A stretch of DNA of 64,000 bases from an uncultured Christensenella sp. (GTDB lineage: Bacteria; Bacillota; Clostridia; Christensenellales; UBA1242): assembly GCA_949292875.1 (NCBI GenBank), contig CASFBJ010000020.1, positions 81,044 to 145,043 on the forward strand. The letters are read 5' to 3'. Below the pieces are notes generated by a model. The model saw only the letters and a program-made list of their open reading frames with translations, ran no database searches and was not told where the DNA came from. The position numbers were made by a program, and so were the translations under genes. Shown here piece by piece: positions 1 to 9,997 of the stretch. Position 1 is the stretch's first letter. Each line of letters starts with the position of its first letter.

Positions 1-3000
1 CATCAACTAGTTTTAATGTTGTGTATTCTACATCATTAGAGGTGATAGTAGCAATGAATTTACCATTGTAATAATAAGACATAAAGATTTTGTTTTGAGG
101 AACTCCATAATAACTTGCCCATTTTAAAGTAATAGGGTTTTCATAAATAGAAATATTGCTAAAACTTGCAGTTTCTACAGGTACTTCTATATCTCCATAA
201 ACTGGTTCTTCTGTATCTCCACCTTCTTCACTTGTATTTTCATCAGTTTCTTCTACAGGTGGCTCAGGATTAATTAAACCGGTATATGTATAAGATATAG
301 TTTCCAAAAATCTAGAATTAGGTTGTATTTTTGTTACTGCAAATATATCTAGATAATTATAAGGACTAATTCCAAAAACTATGACTATTTTTGTTGTAAA
401 CTTAGTACCAATTTCTGAAGCATAAGTATATATTATTTCTTCATCTGCTTTACCCCAGTTGGTACTTAAACCTTTATCTCCATCTACATTAATTTCAAAG
501 TCATATATAGAGAAGAAGTTTTTAATCATCATATTAGAATTGTAAGAAAATTCTTTTCCGTACTTATTTAATATTTCAATGATTTTATTTTTATAACTTG
601 AAGCGTTTAATAAAACATCTGCAGGACTTAAGTTGTTTATTGTTCCGTCAGGTAATCTTTCATTTACGCTATACATTGACATATCATTTTCACGAATAAC
701 AAACCATATACTTCTAGTATTTTTCAAAATCTTATTTGTTATCTTAAGTTCATAAGCACCTTTTTCTACAATATTAACTCCTCCACCAGTTATAACTTTG
801 CTATTTATTGGCTTAGAAGCAAGGTTTTCATATTGGAAAAGTTCAAAAGTATATCCAAAAGGAAGACCGCTTGTTGACCAGTAGAGAAGTATAGAATCTG
901 AAGTAAATGTTGAAACATTTTCAGGTCTAGTAGCCATTATTTTGTCCATGCTTTCACCTTTGCTATTTTCTGACATTATAGCAGGGAAAACATTATATAT
1001 AACAAATTCATAATTGTAAGTTTCACCAGTAGTTACATCAAAAATATTTACTTTGTATTCATAAGAACCACCAGATAACACATTTGCATTTGGACTTTCA
1101 TTTGGAGCAGTAAATACAAATGTAGGATAAGTTATATTTGAAATAGCTTCTCCATTTCTAGTTGCAGTAACTTGATATAGACTAGAATTGATTTTATCTA
1201 AAGTCACATTATCCGTTGTATATGTCTTTCCGTTATAATTTATTGTATCAGCAGAGTATATAAATTCATAATTATCTATATTGACATTTATATTTTTAAC
1301 TATTTCTATAGCGTTTTCGCCTTGTCTAAAATTATCTTCTATAAAGAACTTATATATACCGCTATCAAAATAGAATGTTCTCTTGCTATTAGGTTCTCCT
1401 TGTTTTACTACAATAACTTGACCTGTAGAATCTATAGGTTCATTATTTTCATTAATCATTTCAACAAACATTTTAAGTTCTTCATCAAACTTGTAAGCTT
1501 TCAATGATTGCATAAATATACCATCTTCTTTCAAGTCTTCATCAAAAACAACTTCAAAATATCCTTCATTATTTGGAGTAGAAGAAACATTTTTTATGCC
1601 CAATGTCTTTCCTGATGAACTTATGTATAAAGAAAGCGTTAAATTAGTACCAAAACGATTAGAAAGAGTCATGCTGTAAGATGATGAGCCAGAATTAATA
1701 ATAGCATTTATTTCTTCTATCAAAGCTGGAACATTGCTAGATGGAGTGAATACAAACTCCTTTTTGTCTAAAGTGATTGTGAACCAATTATCTAACATTT
1801 CTACTTTGTTTAGATATAAAGTATTGAAACTACTTACTACATTATTTGCACTTGTTGCAACTATTTGATTTGGACCAGTTTGAGTATTTGCATCAAAAAT
1901 AACTTTTTGTATAGTAGTATCAAGTAAAACAGTGTATATACTATGATTACCTACTGAATCTATTTCTATTATTTCATAATAACCGCTTAAATCATCTGCA
2001 TCACTACTGCCTGTTAGTTGTTTTACTTGCTCGTAGAATGTGCCACTATTGTAACTAAACATTGTCCATAAAGTATTGTTAGTTGCACTAAAACGCAATT
2101 TTGCACTAGTGCCGCTATTGTATTCAGGGTCCCCAGGAACTAAAGATTGATATGCTTGATTTTTATTTTCTTGATTGTACTTACTTTCATCATATTTTGA
2201 ATATTTTCTAAAATAAATTTGACTTCCTTCTTGCGTATCAAGTTGCCCACTTGAGTTTGTAGGTAATGTAAAAGTAAAGTCCTTACCTATAGCGTAATCA
2301 AAATCACTAACATTTGCATAGTAATAAGTTCCACTAGTTTCTTGATAATAATGAGATTCATAAGCAGATTTGTTTATTTTTGTAAGGAAACTAGTATTTG
2401 CTGGTAAGTTTGCTAACTTATTTAGATTATATGTTGGAGCTGTCTTATCTACATATATTGTTTGTGAACTTGAAAAATATGAGATAGTGTTTCCGTTTTC
2501 TGTAGTTGTGAAGTAAGATTCATCACCAATAAAATGATATTTTAAATCAAACTTGTATTCTTTTATAGGGTTCTCGTTGTCAACTTGATATACTAGTACA
2601 GAATAAAATATTTTGTTATTTTCAGGGTTTAATCTTTGTTGAATAATGAAATCTTGTCCTTGAACTAATAATGTAGGATTAGAATATACTCCATTCACTT
2701 TCTCTGATTTTGTTATTTGTATGTCGCTAGTATCTATACTTGCCATATAAGAATCGTTTGGCTCAGAGAATGTAAAAGCAATAAAATTATCTTTTGAAGC
2801 ATCTCCGTTTAATAATTCTTTGTAATTGTCATAATCAGAGTATAGAGGAGAGTATTGTATAGAGTTTGGAATGTTTGAATCTTTGTAGATTATCTCTAGT
2901 TTGTACTGATATGTGGTAGAATCATCATTTTTTATAGTTAATTGAAATTCACTTGTATTTTCATAAGTCGCATAATATTCAAATGGAGTAGAGTTATTAG

Positions 3001-6000
3001 GATTTTTATTAGATAAAATTCTAGAACTTACTTGTACACTTGAAACAATATTTGTATCAACACTATAAATGAATTGATTATCATTAATGGATAAAGATAA
3101 AGGAGCTTCACCTGCTATAGTAGCTTTAGTATCACTAGAAATTAGTTGACCTTCAGGAGAAGATAAATTTACATAAAATCCAAAATAATATTTATTTTCA
3201 TTCATAGGCGATATTTGATTATTTGGAGTAAGCGCTTTATCTTGTATCATTATTCTGTAGTAACCGCTAGTAGTAATATCAGGTACAGTAATATAACCGC
3301 TACTATCCACATCTGGTTTAATACTAGAATTTTGATTGAGTTTTATAGGGTAGCCATCAGCCATTACTCCTAAACTTGTATATTTTTCTAAAACTACTTC
3401 TAAATCGTATGTACTAGGAGCATTTGGATTATTTACTAATGTTGTACCATTTAGATAACTATATTTGTTTTTAGGCACTTTAATGGAAATAGGTAACAAA
3501 TTACTTTCTAAAGTAAGATACATCGTACTTTGCTTGTTTTCATTATCTTTTATAATTATATGATTTTGATATTGTCTATAAAATTCATCAAAAGCGATTT
3601 TTTCTTTTCCAAAATAAAATTTAATGCCTGAACCAAGTTCAAGTTCACCAGTTTCTAAGTTGCTATTTGGATAATCTAATATAGGGTTTCTATCTACATA
3701 GAACATGTATGTTCTTTCTTTAGTATCTCCAACATCTGTTATTTCTGAGCCAGAACCTGTGTATGTTCTTTTTACAACATATCTACCAGCTTCACTAACA
3801 TTTTTTTGTCTTAATATTTGTTGACCAGTAACTTCATCGTATTCGTAATAAGATATGGTTACAGAGTTTATAGCTTCGCTGTAAGAAAGACCTTCGCTAT
3901 TTGTAAATACTTTACCAGCGAGCAAATCTCCAGTTTTTGTTGGAGTTTCCGCATAAGGGTAATATTTACTATTTTTGTCATAGGTTAAAGGATAAAATTC
4001 ATATGTTAAAGATTCTATTTTAAATGCACCAGATTCTTCATCTTTCCACTCAAAGATTAAGAAATCAAGACTACCTGCTTGTTCTAATGCAAGTTTGTTA
4101 GTTCTGTATTTATCACCAGTAAACTGGTTAGTAGTAAACATTTTACCTAAAGAACGGTCCATATTTACTTCTATAGAATACTCTGTTATGTTACCACTTT
4201 CGTCAGTTAGTTTTATTGTGTATATTTTTTCACCAATAAATTTGGCATGAGTATTTTCGGGAGCTTCAGAATTCATTCCATATATTGTAAGTTCGGTAGA
4301 TTTATTCATTTCACTGTACAAATCACCAGAAACGCCAGGCGTTGTACCACTATTTAAATCAGTAGAAGTAATATTTACATTTGTGATAGGAATAAGCATT
4401 GAAAATGTTGTTCCGTTATAGGCAAAATAATCACTATTATCTTGCAATAAAGACATCGCATAAAGGTTTCTTTCAGAAGAACTAGGAGGCAATGTATTTC
4501 TATCTACAAATTCTAATGCTTTATTTTTAGCCCACTTCACATTTGTTTTGCTTGACACTATATTGAAATCAGTTATATCTGTAATATTTCCATCTTTGTC
4601 ATATTGTAGTAGGTTAGCATTTGATTTATCTAGATATACAATGTGTACATAAGAAAAACCGCTAGCATCTGTAATTTGAAAAATGTATATTTTGTGTTGA
4701 GAAAATACAAAATTTGCACTTATATAACTAGATGGAGTAGATATAATGTTTGTATATTCAGAAGGGGAAGAAGCATATGTTGCTATGTATCTACTATAAA
4801 CAAAAGTTCTATTTTCTTCATTATTTGGATAATACACTTCAGTTTGAGTATAATTTTGATTTGTTTCAATGTCTATAGTTATAAGTGTTGCAGTGATAGG
4901 AGATTTACTAGGTTTTTCTTCTATAAGCACTGTGAAAGGACTATTTGTAACCGTAGATGTTGTTATGTCTTTTTTAGTCACATAGTTAGAATCTGCAGAA
5001 GAACTTATGCTTGAAACTGTATATGCGTGTACAAAATCTTTTATGTCAGTTTTGTCTATAGTGAAAGTGTAGTAAGATACAGACTTGATTCCAAACATTA
5101 TTTTTATACTATATTTTCCTGGAGTACTAAATGTTGTATATTGGAAAGAATCTGCACCTTCTTTTATTTGAAAGTTAGTGTAATTAGAAAAACTAGAACC
5201 ATAATTAGTATTTATGCTGTATTGTGTCGTTATAGGACTATCAAATATACCTAATTTATCCATGTAGATATATACATCGCCATTAGTGAAACCTCCGCTA
5301 GGTAAATCACTTTCATTAGTAATGCCATCTTTTTGTGTAAGTGCTTTTATCGTAGCTTTTGGCGTGCTGTTTTTTATTTGGAAAAGGAATACTTGTGAAC
5401 GATTTGATAAGCTAGAATAACTATAATTATCACAGAAAACTACATAATAACCCGCTTCTGTAAAATAAGTACTTTTTGAAGCTGTTATTAGTTCGTCTTT
5501 TGCGTTTTCTTTAAGATTTGCTAAAGTATATTTTCCATCTTTTTCCGCCATTTTTTCAAGTGCGGATAATGAATTTGCATAAAAATACGAAATTGTTGAA
5601 GTTGTAGAACCTGTACTTGTTAATTCTGCCATTGAGTTAAACCAAACAGGTGCTTGATTTGTACTAGGTATAATAAAATCATCTGAAGACCAGTCTAGAT
5701 TAAGTTTGTTTGTAAAGTCTGTATTTTGGTTTTGAGTAAATGAAACAAAATATTTAGAACTTGTTACATTGTGAGCATAGTTTAGATTAAAACCAAAAAC
5801 ATACAGTTTTTTAGGAGTTATTGAAACAGGACTATTTGGAGTTTCATCATATAAAAGATTTCCGTTTTCATATATTTGATAATAATATTGCAAACTATAT
5901 TCGCCTAAATCATAAAATAAAGGCTGTATAAAATTTGTAGTGTTAGAGGCATTGTATGAAAATTTACTTTCATCAAATATAAAAAGTCCATTTTCGTTTC

Positions 6001-6937
6001 TTTGAAGGTTAAAAGAAATGATTTTATCTGGATAATTGAAAAACAATTTACCATAATTTGTTTGTTCTTTGCTTTCTGTTTGATATGTAGAATCTGTGAA
6101 ATAAGCAAAAGATGATTCTATTTTAGTAGTTTTACCTTCATACAATCTATTTATTTTTAATTTGTATCTTTCAGCATCAAAAGTTAATGTTGCGTAACCA
6201 TCTTTATTTTCATAACTATAGTTGTTGAAATAGATGTTTTCATCTGCACTTTCAATATTTGCAAAAGTTGGAAATTGATTCTCTTTATGATATTGGTCTT
6301 TGTCTATAATAGTAAACTCGTACTTATACCAGTCATAATCTGCGGGTATAGAGTAAGTTTTATTTTCATTAATATCACAAATACTTGCTTTAAAATATAT
6401 TTCATAATGTCCTTGCAAGTTATCTACAACCATTGGTTCATTGTTTTCATCATATTTGTGAAGATATGTTAATGTATTTCTTGAAGAGATTTCAAAAAGT
6501 AAAGATTCGGCTACTAGAGTAGGGTTGTATTCTACTAGTTCAGTAGGTTGTGATGATGTTTTACCTGTAAGGCTTATTTGTTCTCCGTTTAGGTATGCGT
6601 TTGCCTGTAGATTTATTATGTACTTTTTAGAATCTATATTTCTATCAATAGAGAAGAATATTCCATATTTTTCTCCCATAGCGCCAGATAGATTTTCTAA
6701 AAGCACATAAGAACCATTTTCAATGTTTGTTTTTTCTAAGTTAGTAGAACTACCGTCATTTTTTAGTTTTTGTTTATAGGAACTAACTTTGATGTCATTA
6801 GTAAGTTCTGGTGTAAAACTTATGTGAGTGCCATCAGATTGAGCCTGTACACCACTAAAAAATAATCCTACTGAAAGTGTGATTAAAGAAAATATGGTCC
6901 ATAATACAATTAAAGTTATCTTTTTAGATTTTGACAT
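1..6937 (-). CDS. giant secreted/cell-surface protein; N-terminus complete, C-terminus runs off the window (more than 2,312 codons here)
   Basis: Manual minus-strand translation. ATG at 6937-6935 lies 5 nt after GGAGG (rc of 6943-6947). The N-terminus MSKSKKITLIVLWTIFSLITLSVGLFFSGVQAQS looks like a signal peptide. The frame was checked open near 6900, near 3050 (DTNIVSSVQVSSRILS) and at 1-58 (FIATITSNDVEYTTLKLVD). The ORF track omits it because there is no stop in the window; only short ORFs are listed in 1-6900. Confidence 0.85.
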   Translation of the reverse strand, partial: MSKSKKITLIVLWTIFSLITLSVGLFFSGVQAQSDGTHISFTPELTNDIKVSSYKQKLKNDGSSTNLEKTNIENGSYVLLENLSGAMGEKYGIFFSIDRNIDSKKYIINLQANAYLNGEQISLTGKTSSQPTELVEYNPTLVAESLLFEISSRNTLTYLHKYDENNEPMVVDNLQGHYEIYFKASICDINENKTYSIPADYDWYKYEFTIIDKDQYHKENQFPTFANIESADENIYFNNYSYENKDGYATLTFDAERYKLKINRLYEGKTTKIESSFAYFTDSTYQTESKEQTNYGKLFFNYPDKIISFNLQRNENGLFIFDESKFSYNASNTTNFIQPLFYDLGEYSLQYYYQIYENGNLLYDETPNSPVSITPKKLYVFGFNLNYAHNVTSSKYFVSFTQNQNTDFTNKLNLDWSSDDFIIPSTNQAPVWFNSMAELTSTGSTTSTISYFYANSLSALEKMAEKDGKYTLANLKENAKDELITASKSTYFTEAGYYVVFCDNYSYSSLSNRSQVFLFQIKNSTPKATIKALTQKDGITNESDLPSGGFTNGDVYIYMDKLGIFDSPITTQYSINTNYGSSFSNYTNFQIKEGADSFQYTTFSTPGKYSIKIMFGIKSVSYYTFTIDKTDIKDFVHAYTVSSISSSADSNYVTKKDITTSTVTNSPFTVLIEEKPSKSPITATLITIDIETNQNYTQTEVYYPNNEENRTFVYSRYIATYASSPSEYTNIISTPSSYISANFVFSQHKIYIFQITDASGFSYVHIVYLDKSNANLLQYDKDGNITDITDFNIVSSKTNVKWAKNKALEFVDRNTLPPSSSERNLYAMSLLQDNSDYFAYNGTTFSMLIPITNVNITSTDLNSGTTPGVSGDLYSEMNKSTELTIYGMNSEAPENTHAKFIGEKIYTIKLTDESGNITEYSIEVNMDRSLGKMFTTNQFTGDKYRTNKLALEQAGSLDFLIFEWKDEESGAFKIESLTYEFYPLTYDKNSKYYPYAETPTKTGDLLAGKVFTNSEGLSYSEAINSVTISYYEYDEVTGQQILRQKNVSEAGRYVVKRTYTGSGSEITDVGDTKERTYMFYVDRNPILDYPNSNLETGELELGSGIKFYFGKEKIAFDEFYRQYQNHIIIKDNENKQSTMYLTLESNLLPISIKVPKNKYSYLNGTTLVNNPNAPSTYDLEVVLEKYTSLGVMADGYPIKLNQNSSIKPDVDSSGYITVPDITTSGYYRIMIQDKALTPNNQISPMNENKYYFGFYVNLSSPEGQLISSDTKATIAGEAPLSLSINDNQFIYSVDTNIVSSVQVSSRILSNKNPNNSTPFEYYATYENTSEFQLTIKNDDSTTYQYKLEIIYKDSNIPNSIQYSPLYSDYDNYKELLNGDASKDNFIAFTFSEPNDSYMASIDTSDIQITKSEKVNGVYSNPTLLVQGQDFIIQQRLNPENNKIFYSVLVYQVDNENPIKEYKFDLKYHFIGDESYFTTTENGNTISYFSSSQTIYVDKTAPTYNLNKLANLPANTSFLTKINKSAYESHYYQETSGTYYYANVSDFDYAIGKDFTFTLPTNSSGQLDTQEGSQIYFRKYSKYDESKYNQENKNQAYQSLVPGDPEYNSGTSAKLRFSATNNTLWTMFSYNSGTFYEQVKQLTGSSDADDLSGYYEIIEIDSVGNHSIYTVLLDTTIQKVIFDANTQTGPNQIVATSANNVVSSFNTLYLNKVEMLDNWFTITLDKKEFVFTPSSNVPALIEEINAIINSGSSSYSMTLSNRFGTNLTLSLYISSSGKTLGIKNVSSTPNNEGYFEVVFDEDLKEDGIFMQSLKAYKFDEELKMFVEMINENNEPIDSTGQVIVVKQGEPNSKRTFYFDSGIYKFFIEDNFRQGENAIEIVKNINVNIDNYEFIYSADTINYNGKTYTTDNVTLDKINSSLYQVTATRNGEAISNITYPTFVFTAPNESPNANVLSGGSYEYKVNIFDVTTGETYNYEFVIYNVFPAIMSENSKGESMDKIMATRPENVSTFTSDSILLYWSTSGLPFGYTFELFQYENLASKPINSKVITGGGVNIVEKGAYELKITNKILKNTRSIWFVIRENDMSMYSVNERLPDGTINNLSPADVLLNASSYKNKIIEILNKYGKEFSYNSNMMIKNFFSIYDFEINVDGDKGLSTNWGKADEEIIYTYASEIGTKFTTKIVIVFGISPYNYLDIFAVTKIQPNSRFLETISYTYTGLINPEPPVEETDENTSEEGGDTEEPVYGDIEVPVETASFSNISIYENPITLKWASYYGVPQNKIFMSYYYNGKFIATITSNDVEYTTLKLVD

Positions 6938-7103
6938 TAGTACCTCCAATCTTTACCTGTTTGATTATGAATAAAAATTGATTTTTCAATTAAAATTATA
7001 TACTATTTTATATTATTACATAATATAGTACAAATTTTATCATAATAATGTATTTAAGGCAAGAAAAAACATAACAATAGCAAAATATCACAATATTCTT
7101 CAT

Positions 7104-8249
7104 TTAGTTTAAAGTAAAACTTATCTCTAATTTCTTTTTCTCATAAAGTCTATAAATAGTAAGTTTTATTTTATCGTTTGTTTTTAGTGAAAGTGATGAA
7201 GACTTAAAAGTATTTTCAATATCGACCTTTTTATCATTTACATATATTTCTAATATTTTATCGTATAATTTTAACCCTGCAGTCTCCGCATTTGAATTTG
7301 GTATTATTTTTGTTACAAATACGCCTTTATAGAGTTCAAAACTAGGGGAGATATAATAAGTATCATTTGCTTCAAAACCTAGTTCCACTTGATTGTTGAT
7401 ATTACCTTTTACAGTAACTTTATAATCAGCGTCATGTTTATGGTTGCTTATAATTTCGTTAGCTATTTTTGTGGCGGTATTTATTGGTATAGCGAAACCT
7501 AAACCTTCTACACCTGTAGCACTAACTTTTGCGTTTACTATTCCTATTAAAAGGCCATTTGAGTCAAAAAGTCCTCCGCCACTATTACCATTATTTATAG
7601 ATGCGTCTGTTTGTATAACTTTTATATCAAAATCATTAAGTTTTATTGTCCTTTCAAGACTACTAATTATGCCTTTTGTAAGTGTTCCTCCAAGTTGCCC
7701 TAATGGATTGCCTATAGCGTATGTTTCTTCAGCAAGTTTTAAAGGTTGCTTATTTGTATCTCTTATTTTTGCGATAACAATTTCTTCATTTTTTGAAATT
7801 TTAGATTTGTTAAACATTAATACTGCAATGTCCTGTTTTTTATCAAAGCCAACAACTTCTACATTTTCTATAGTTTTTCCATTATAAAATCTAATAATTG
7901 CATTTTCAGCATTTTCAATAACATGATAGTTAGTAATGATGTATACAGCATTATCTTTTTTTATAATTACTCCACTTCCAGCGTGCTTTACATCATTTAC
8001 AATAGTTGAAATTTCCACAACGCTTTTCCTCGCATTGTCTATGTTTTCTACAACACTAGTTGAAGATGAAAGAATGCTTAAATCATTAGAAAATAATTCA
8101 TTTTTATCAAATGCTTGTAAGGAATGATATAAACTAGGTTGAGAAGAAATGTTAAAAAATATAAATGCTAATAAAAAAAAACAAAGAACGATAGAAAAAT
8201 TTTTAATCGTTTTTTTGTTTTTTATAAGTTTTTCTATTAATTTTTGCAT
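7104..8249 (-). CDS. htrA: HtrA/DegP-family trypsin-like serine protease with N-terminal membrane anchor and C-terminal PDZ-like region
   Basis: Motifs TNYHVI (His), DIAVL (Asp) and GNSGGGLFD (Ser). The second ATG (8249) sits 6 nt after GAGGT; the track start 8255 abuts the SD. Confidence 0.9.
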   Translation of the reverse strand: MQKLIEKLIKNKKTIKNFSIVLCFFLLAFIFFNISSQPSLYHSLQAFDKNELFSNDLSILSSSTSVVENIDNARKSVVEISTIVNDVKHAGSGVIIKKDNAVYIITNYHVIENAENAIIRFYNGKTIENVEVVGFDKKQDIAVLMFNKSKISKNEEIVIAKIRDTNKQPLKLAEETYAIGNPLGQLGGTLTKGIISSLERTIKLNDFDIKVIQTDASINNGNSGGGLFDSNGLLIGIVNAKVSATGVEGLGFAIPINTATKIANEIISNHKHDADYKVTVKGNINNQVELGFEANDTYYISPSFELYKGVFVTKIIPNSNAETAGLKLYDKILEIYVNDKKVDIENTFKSSSLSLKTNDKIKLTIYRLYEKKKLEISFTLN

Positions 8250-8261
8250 ACACATACCTCT

Positions 8262-8855
8262 TTAAATTAAAATTAGTTTGCAAGGTATATTATTTTTGTT
8301 AGCATATTCAATAGTGTTTTTTGTTCCTCCCTGATTACCATTCCAAACGCCTATAAGCATAGAACTATTATCAACCATATATTTATTCCTTTTCATCATA
8401 CAATTAGTTGAATATTTAGGACTTATAATAGAAATATAATCTGCTTGTGTAAGAATGCTTTTATATCGTAATTTATCTATGTAATCATAACTGGTGTATT
8501 GTTTCGGGTAGGGAATAGCGCATTCTAACTTTATATTAGAAAATTTGCGCTTAATCTCTAGCACTAATTCTGCACATATTAAATCTATACCTTGTGCCAC
8601 TCCGCTTATAAAATAAGTATACCCATTATTTATACATTCTATTATGCAATCATAGATTTTTTTCCTAATATTTTGATAGTTTTTACTTTTTTTATCATAG
8701 TTTGTAAATGGCAAAAACTTTTGTCTGTGTCCTGTAAAGCAAACACTTATATTTTTGTTGTTTTTAATTACATTAAAATCTAAATTACATTTTAAGTTTG
8801 AAGATATAATTTTATCTAATTCATTATCTATTTCTTGTATATTTTCGTTATTCAT
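8262..8855 (-). CDS. SLOG-fold DUF1273 / YpsA-like protein
   Basis: CFTGHRQ..., ISGVAQGIDLICAE, and a C-terminal GVWNGNQGGTKNTIEYA pattern typical of DUF1273. ATG at 8855 is preceded by GGAG. The stop is 12 nt before the htrA start, so the two are probably co-transcribed. Confidence 0.75.
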   Translation of the reverse strand: MNNENIQEIDNELDKIISSNLKCNLDFNVIKNNKNISVCFTGHRQKFLPFTNYDKKSKNYQNIRKKIYDCIIECINNGYTYFISGVAQGIDLICAELVLEIKRKFSNIKLECAIPYPKQYTSYDYIDKLRYKSILTQADYISIISPKYSTNCMMKRNKYMVDNSSMLIGVWNGNQGGTKNTIEYANKNNIPCKLILI

Positions 8856-8974
8856 AAAAACTCCGCTAATAGTACAAGTATACAATAATTTTTTATAAAA
8901 TCAAATATTATATTTAAAAATATAAAATTCAAATATCTCATTTTGCGAGAGTGTGAGAATTTTTCAAAATTTAC

Positions 8975-9003
8975 TTGACTTTATGTGATAAATTTGTTAC
9001 AAA
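8975..9003 (+). promoter_or_regulatory. candidate sigma-A promoter (TTGACT-17-TACAAA) ending about 6 nt before the ATG at 9010
   Basis: TTGACT at 8975-8980, a 17-nt spacer, then TACAAA at 8998-9003. No SD precedes the ATG at 9010. Confidence 0.3.
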
Positions 9004-9009
9004 TATAGT

Positions 9010-9597
9010 ATGAAAGAGTTACGATACATAGTAGGTGAGAACCTATATAAACTGAGAAAATCTAAAGGTCTTACTCAGTTACAAATATCAAAAGAACTAA
9101 ACTATAGCGACAAAGCTATTTCTCGTTGGGAGCGTGGCGACGCTATGCCGGATTTAGAATCTTTAAACAAAATTTCCATATTTTACAATGTTCCGCTTGA
9201 TTATATGGTGAAAGAACATGAAAACATAGATGAAATAACTGAATTAAATAATCAACAAGCGAAAATGGAAAAAAGTAAAAGAATAAGCATTGCGCTTTTG
9301 TGGGTTTCTGTTATTTGGATTTTGGTCGCTGTAATTTATGCGTATTGTGAAATGTTTTTAAATATTAGTTTATGGCAAGTGTTTGTGTGGGGTGTTCCTT
9401 TCTCTGTATTTATTTTTAGCGTGTTTAATAGAAGATGGAATATGATAAAACAAAAGTACATATTGCATTCCATATTTTTATGGACACTACTTCTTAGTAT
9501 CTACTTGCAAATTATGAGTTACAATGTATGGCTAATATTTATTATTGGTGTACCTATTCAAATATCACTAATTTTGTTACATTCTTTAAAAAAATAA
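9010..9597 (+). CDS. XRE-family helix-turn-helix regulator fused to a C-terminal multi-pass membrane domain
   Basis: LRKSKGLTQLQISKELNYSDKAISRWERGDAMPDLESL is a classic HTH_3 motif. The C-terminal half carries about 4 hydrophobic segments. Confidence 0.85.
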   Translation: MKELRYIVGENLYKLRKSKGLTQLQISKELNYSDKAISRWERGDAMPDLESLNKISIFYNVPLDYMVKEHENIDEITELNNQQAKMEKSKRISIALLWVSVIWILVAVIYAYCEMFLNISLWQVFVWGVPFSVFIFSVFNRRWNMIKQKYILHSIFLWTLLLSIYLQIMSYNVWLIFIIGVPIQISLILLHSLKK

Positions 9598-9695
9598 CAA
9601 ACTTTTTTATGAAATTTAAGTTTTATATTTGAAATTAATATTTATTTATGATAATCTAATTTTATAACCAAATCTTTTATTTTAGGAGTTTGTTT

Positions 9696-9983
9696 ATGCA
9701 ATATATATATCCAGCCGTTGTGTATAAAGAAAGTGATGAACCTTATGTAATGGTATTGCCAGATGTAAATATTGTTTGTGAAGGGGATACCATAGAAGAA
9801 GCATTAGTAGAAGCTCGTGCACAACTAAAGATTTATCTTGAATGTGTAATGAAATTTGGCGCAAATTTGACTAGAGCGACGGACTTTATGTCATTTAGGG
9901 AAGAACATAAAGATGATATTTTACTTCTTGTTGAATGTGATGTTAAAGACGAAGGAGAACATGAAATATCTATCCTTTTTTAA
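9696..9983 (+). CDS. HicB-like antitoxin-fold protein (N-terminal HicB_lk domain only, no DNA-binding tail)
   Basis: MQYIYPAVVYKESDEPYVMVLPDVNIVCEGDTIEEALVEARAQLKIYLE matches the HicB/UPF0150 pattern (Y-P-A..., GDT.EEA). AGGAG lies 8 nt upstream of the ATG at 9696. Confidence 0.7.
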   Translation: MQYIYPAVVYKESDEPYVMVLPDVNIVCEGDTIEEALVEARAQLKIYLECVMKFGANLTRATDFMSFREEHKDDILLLVECDVKDEGEHEISILF

Positions 9984-9997
9984 GGAGGAAAACAAAA

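Noticed and set aside
4643-5254. Two plus-strand ORFs (123 aa and 75 aa) inside the first 7 kb
   Set aside because: They are antisense to the continuous giant minus-strand ORF. Their Cys/Arg/Ile-rich composition is typical of shadow frames, and neither has an SD.
7444-7887. 147-aa plus-strand ORF antisense to htrA. Similar antisense ORFs occur at 16728-17222, 22199-22657, 25264-25674, 25889-26233, 37207-37575 and 61179-61622.
   Set aside because: Each lies completely within a well-supported conserved gene on the other strand. All are low-complexity hydrophobic shadow ORFs without RBS.
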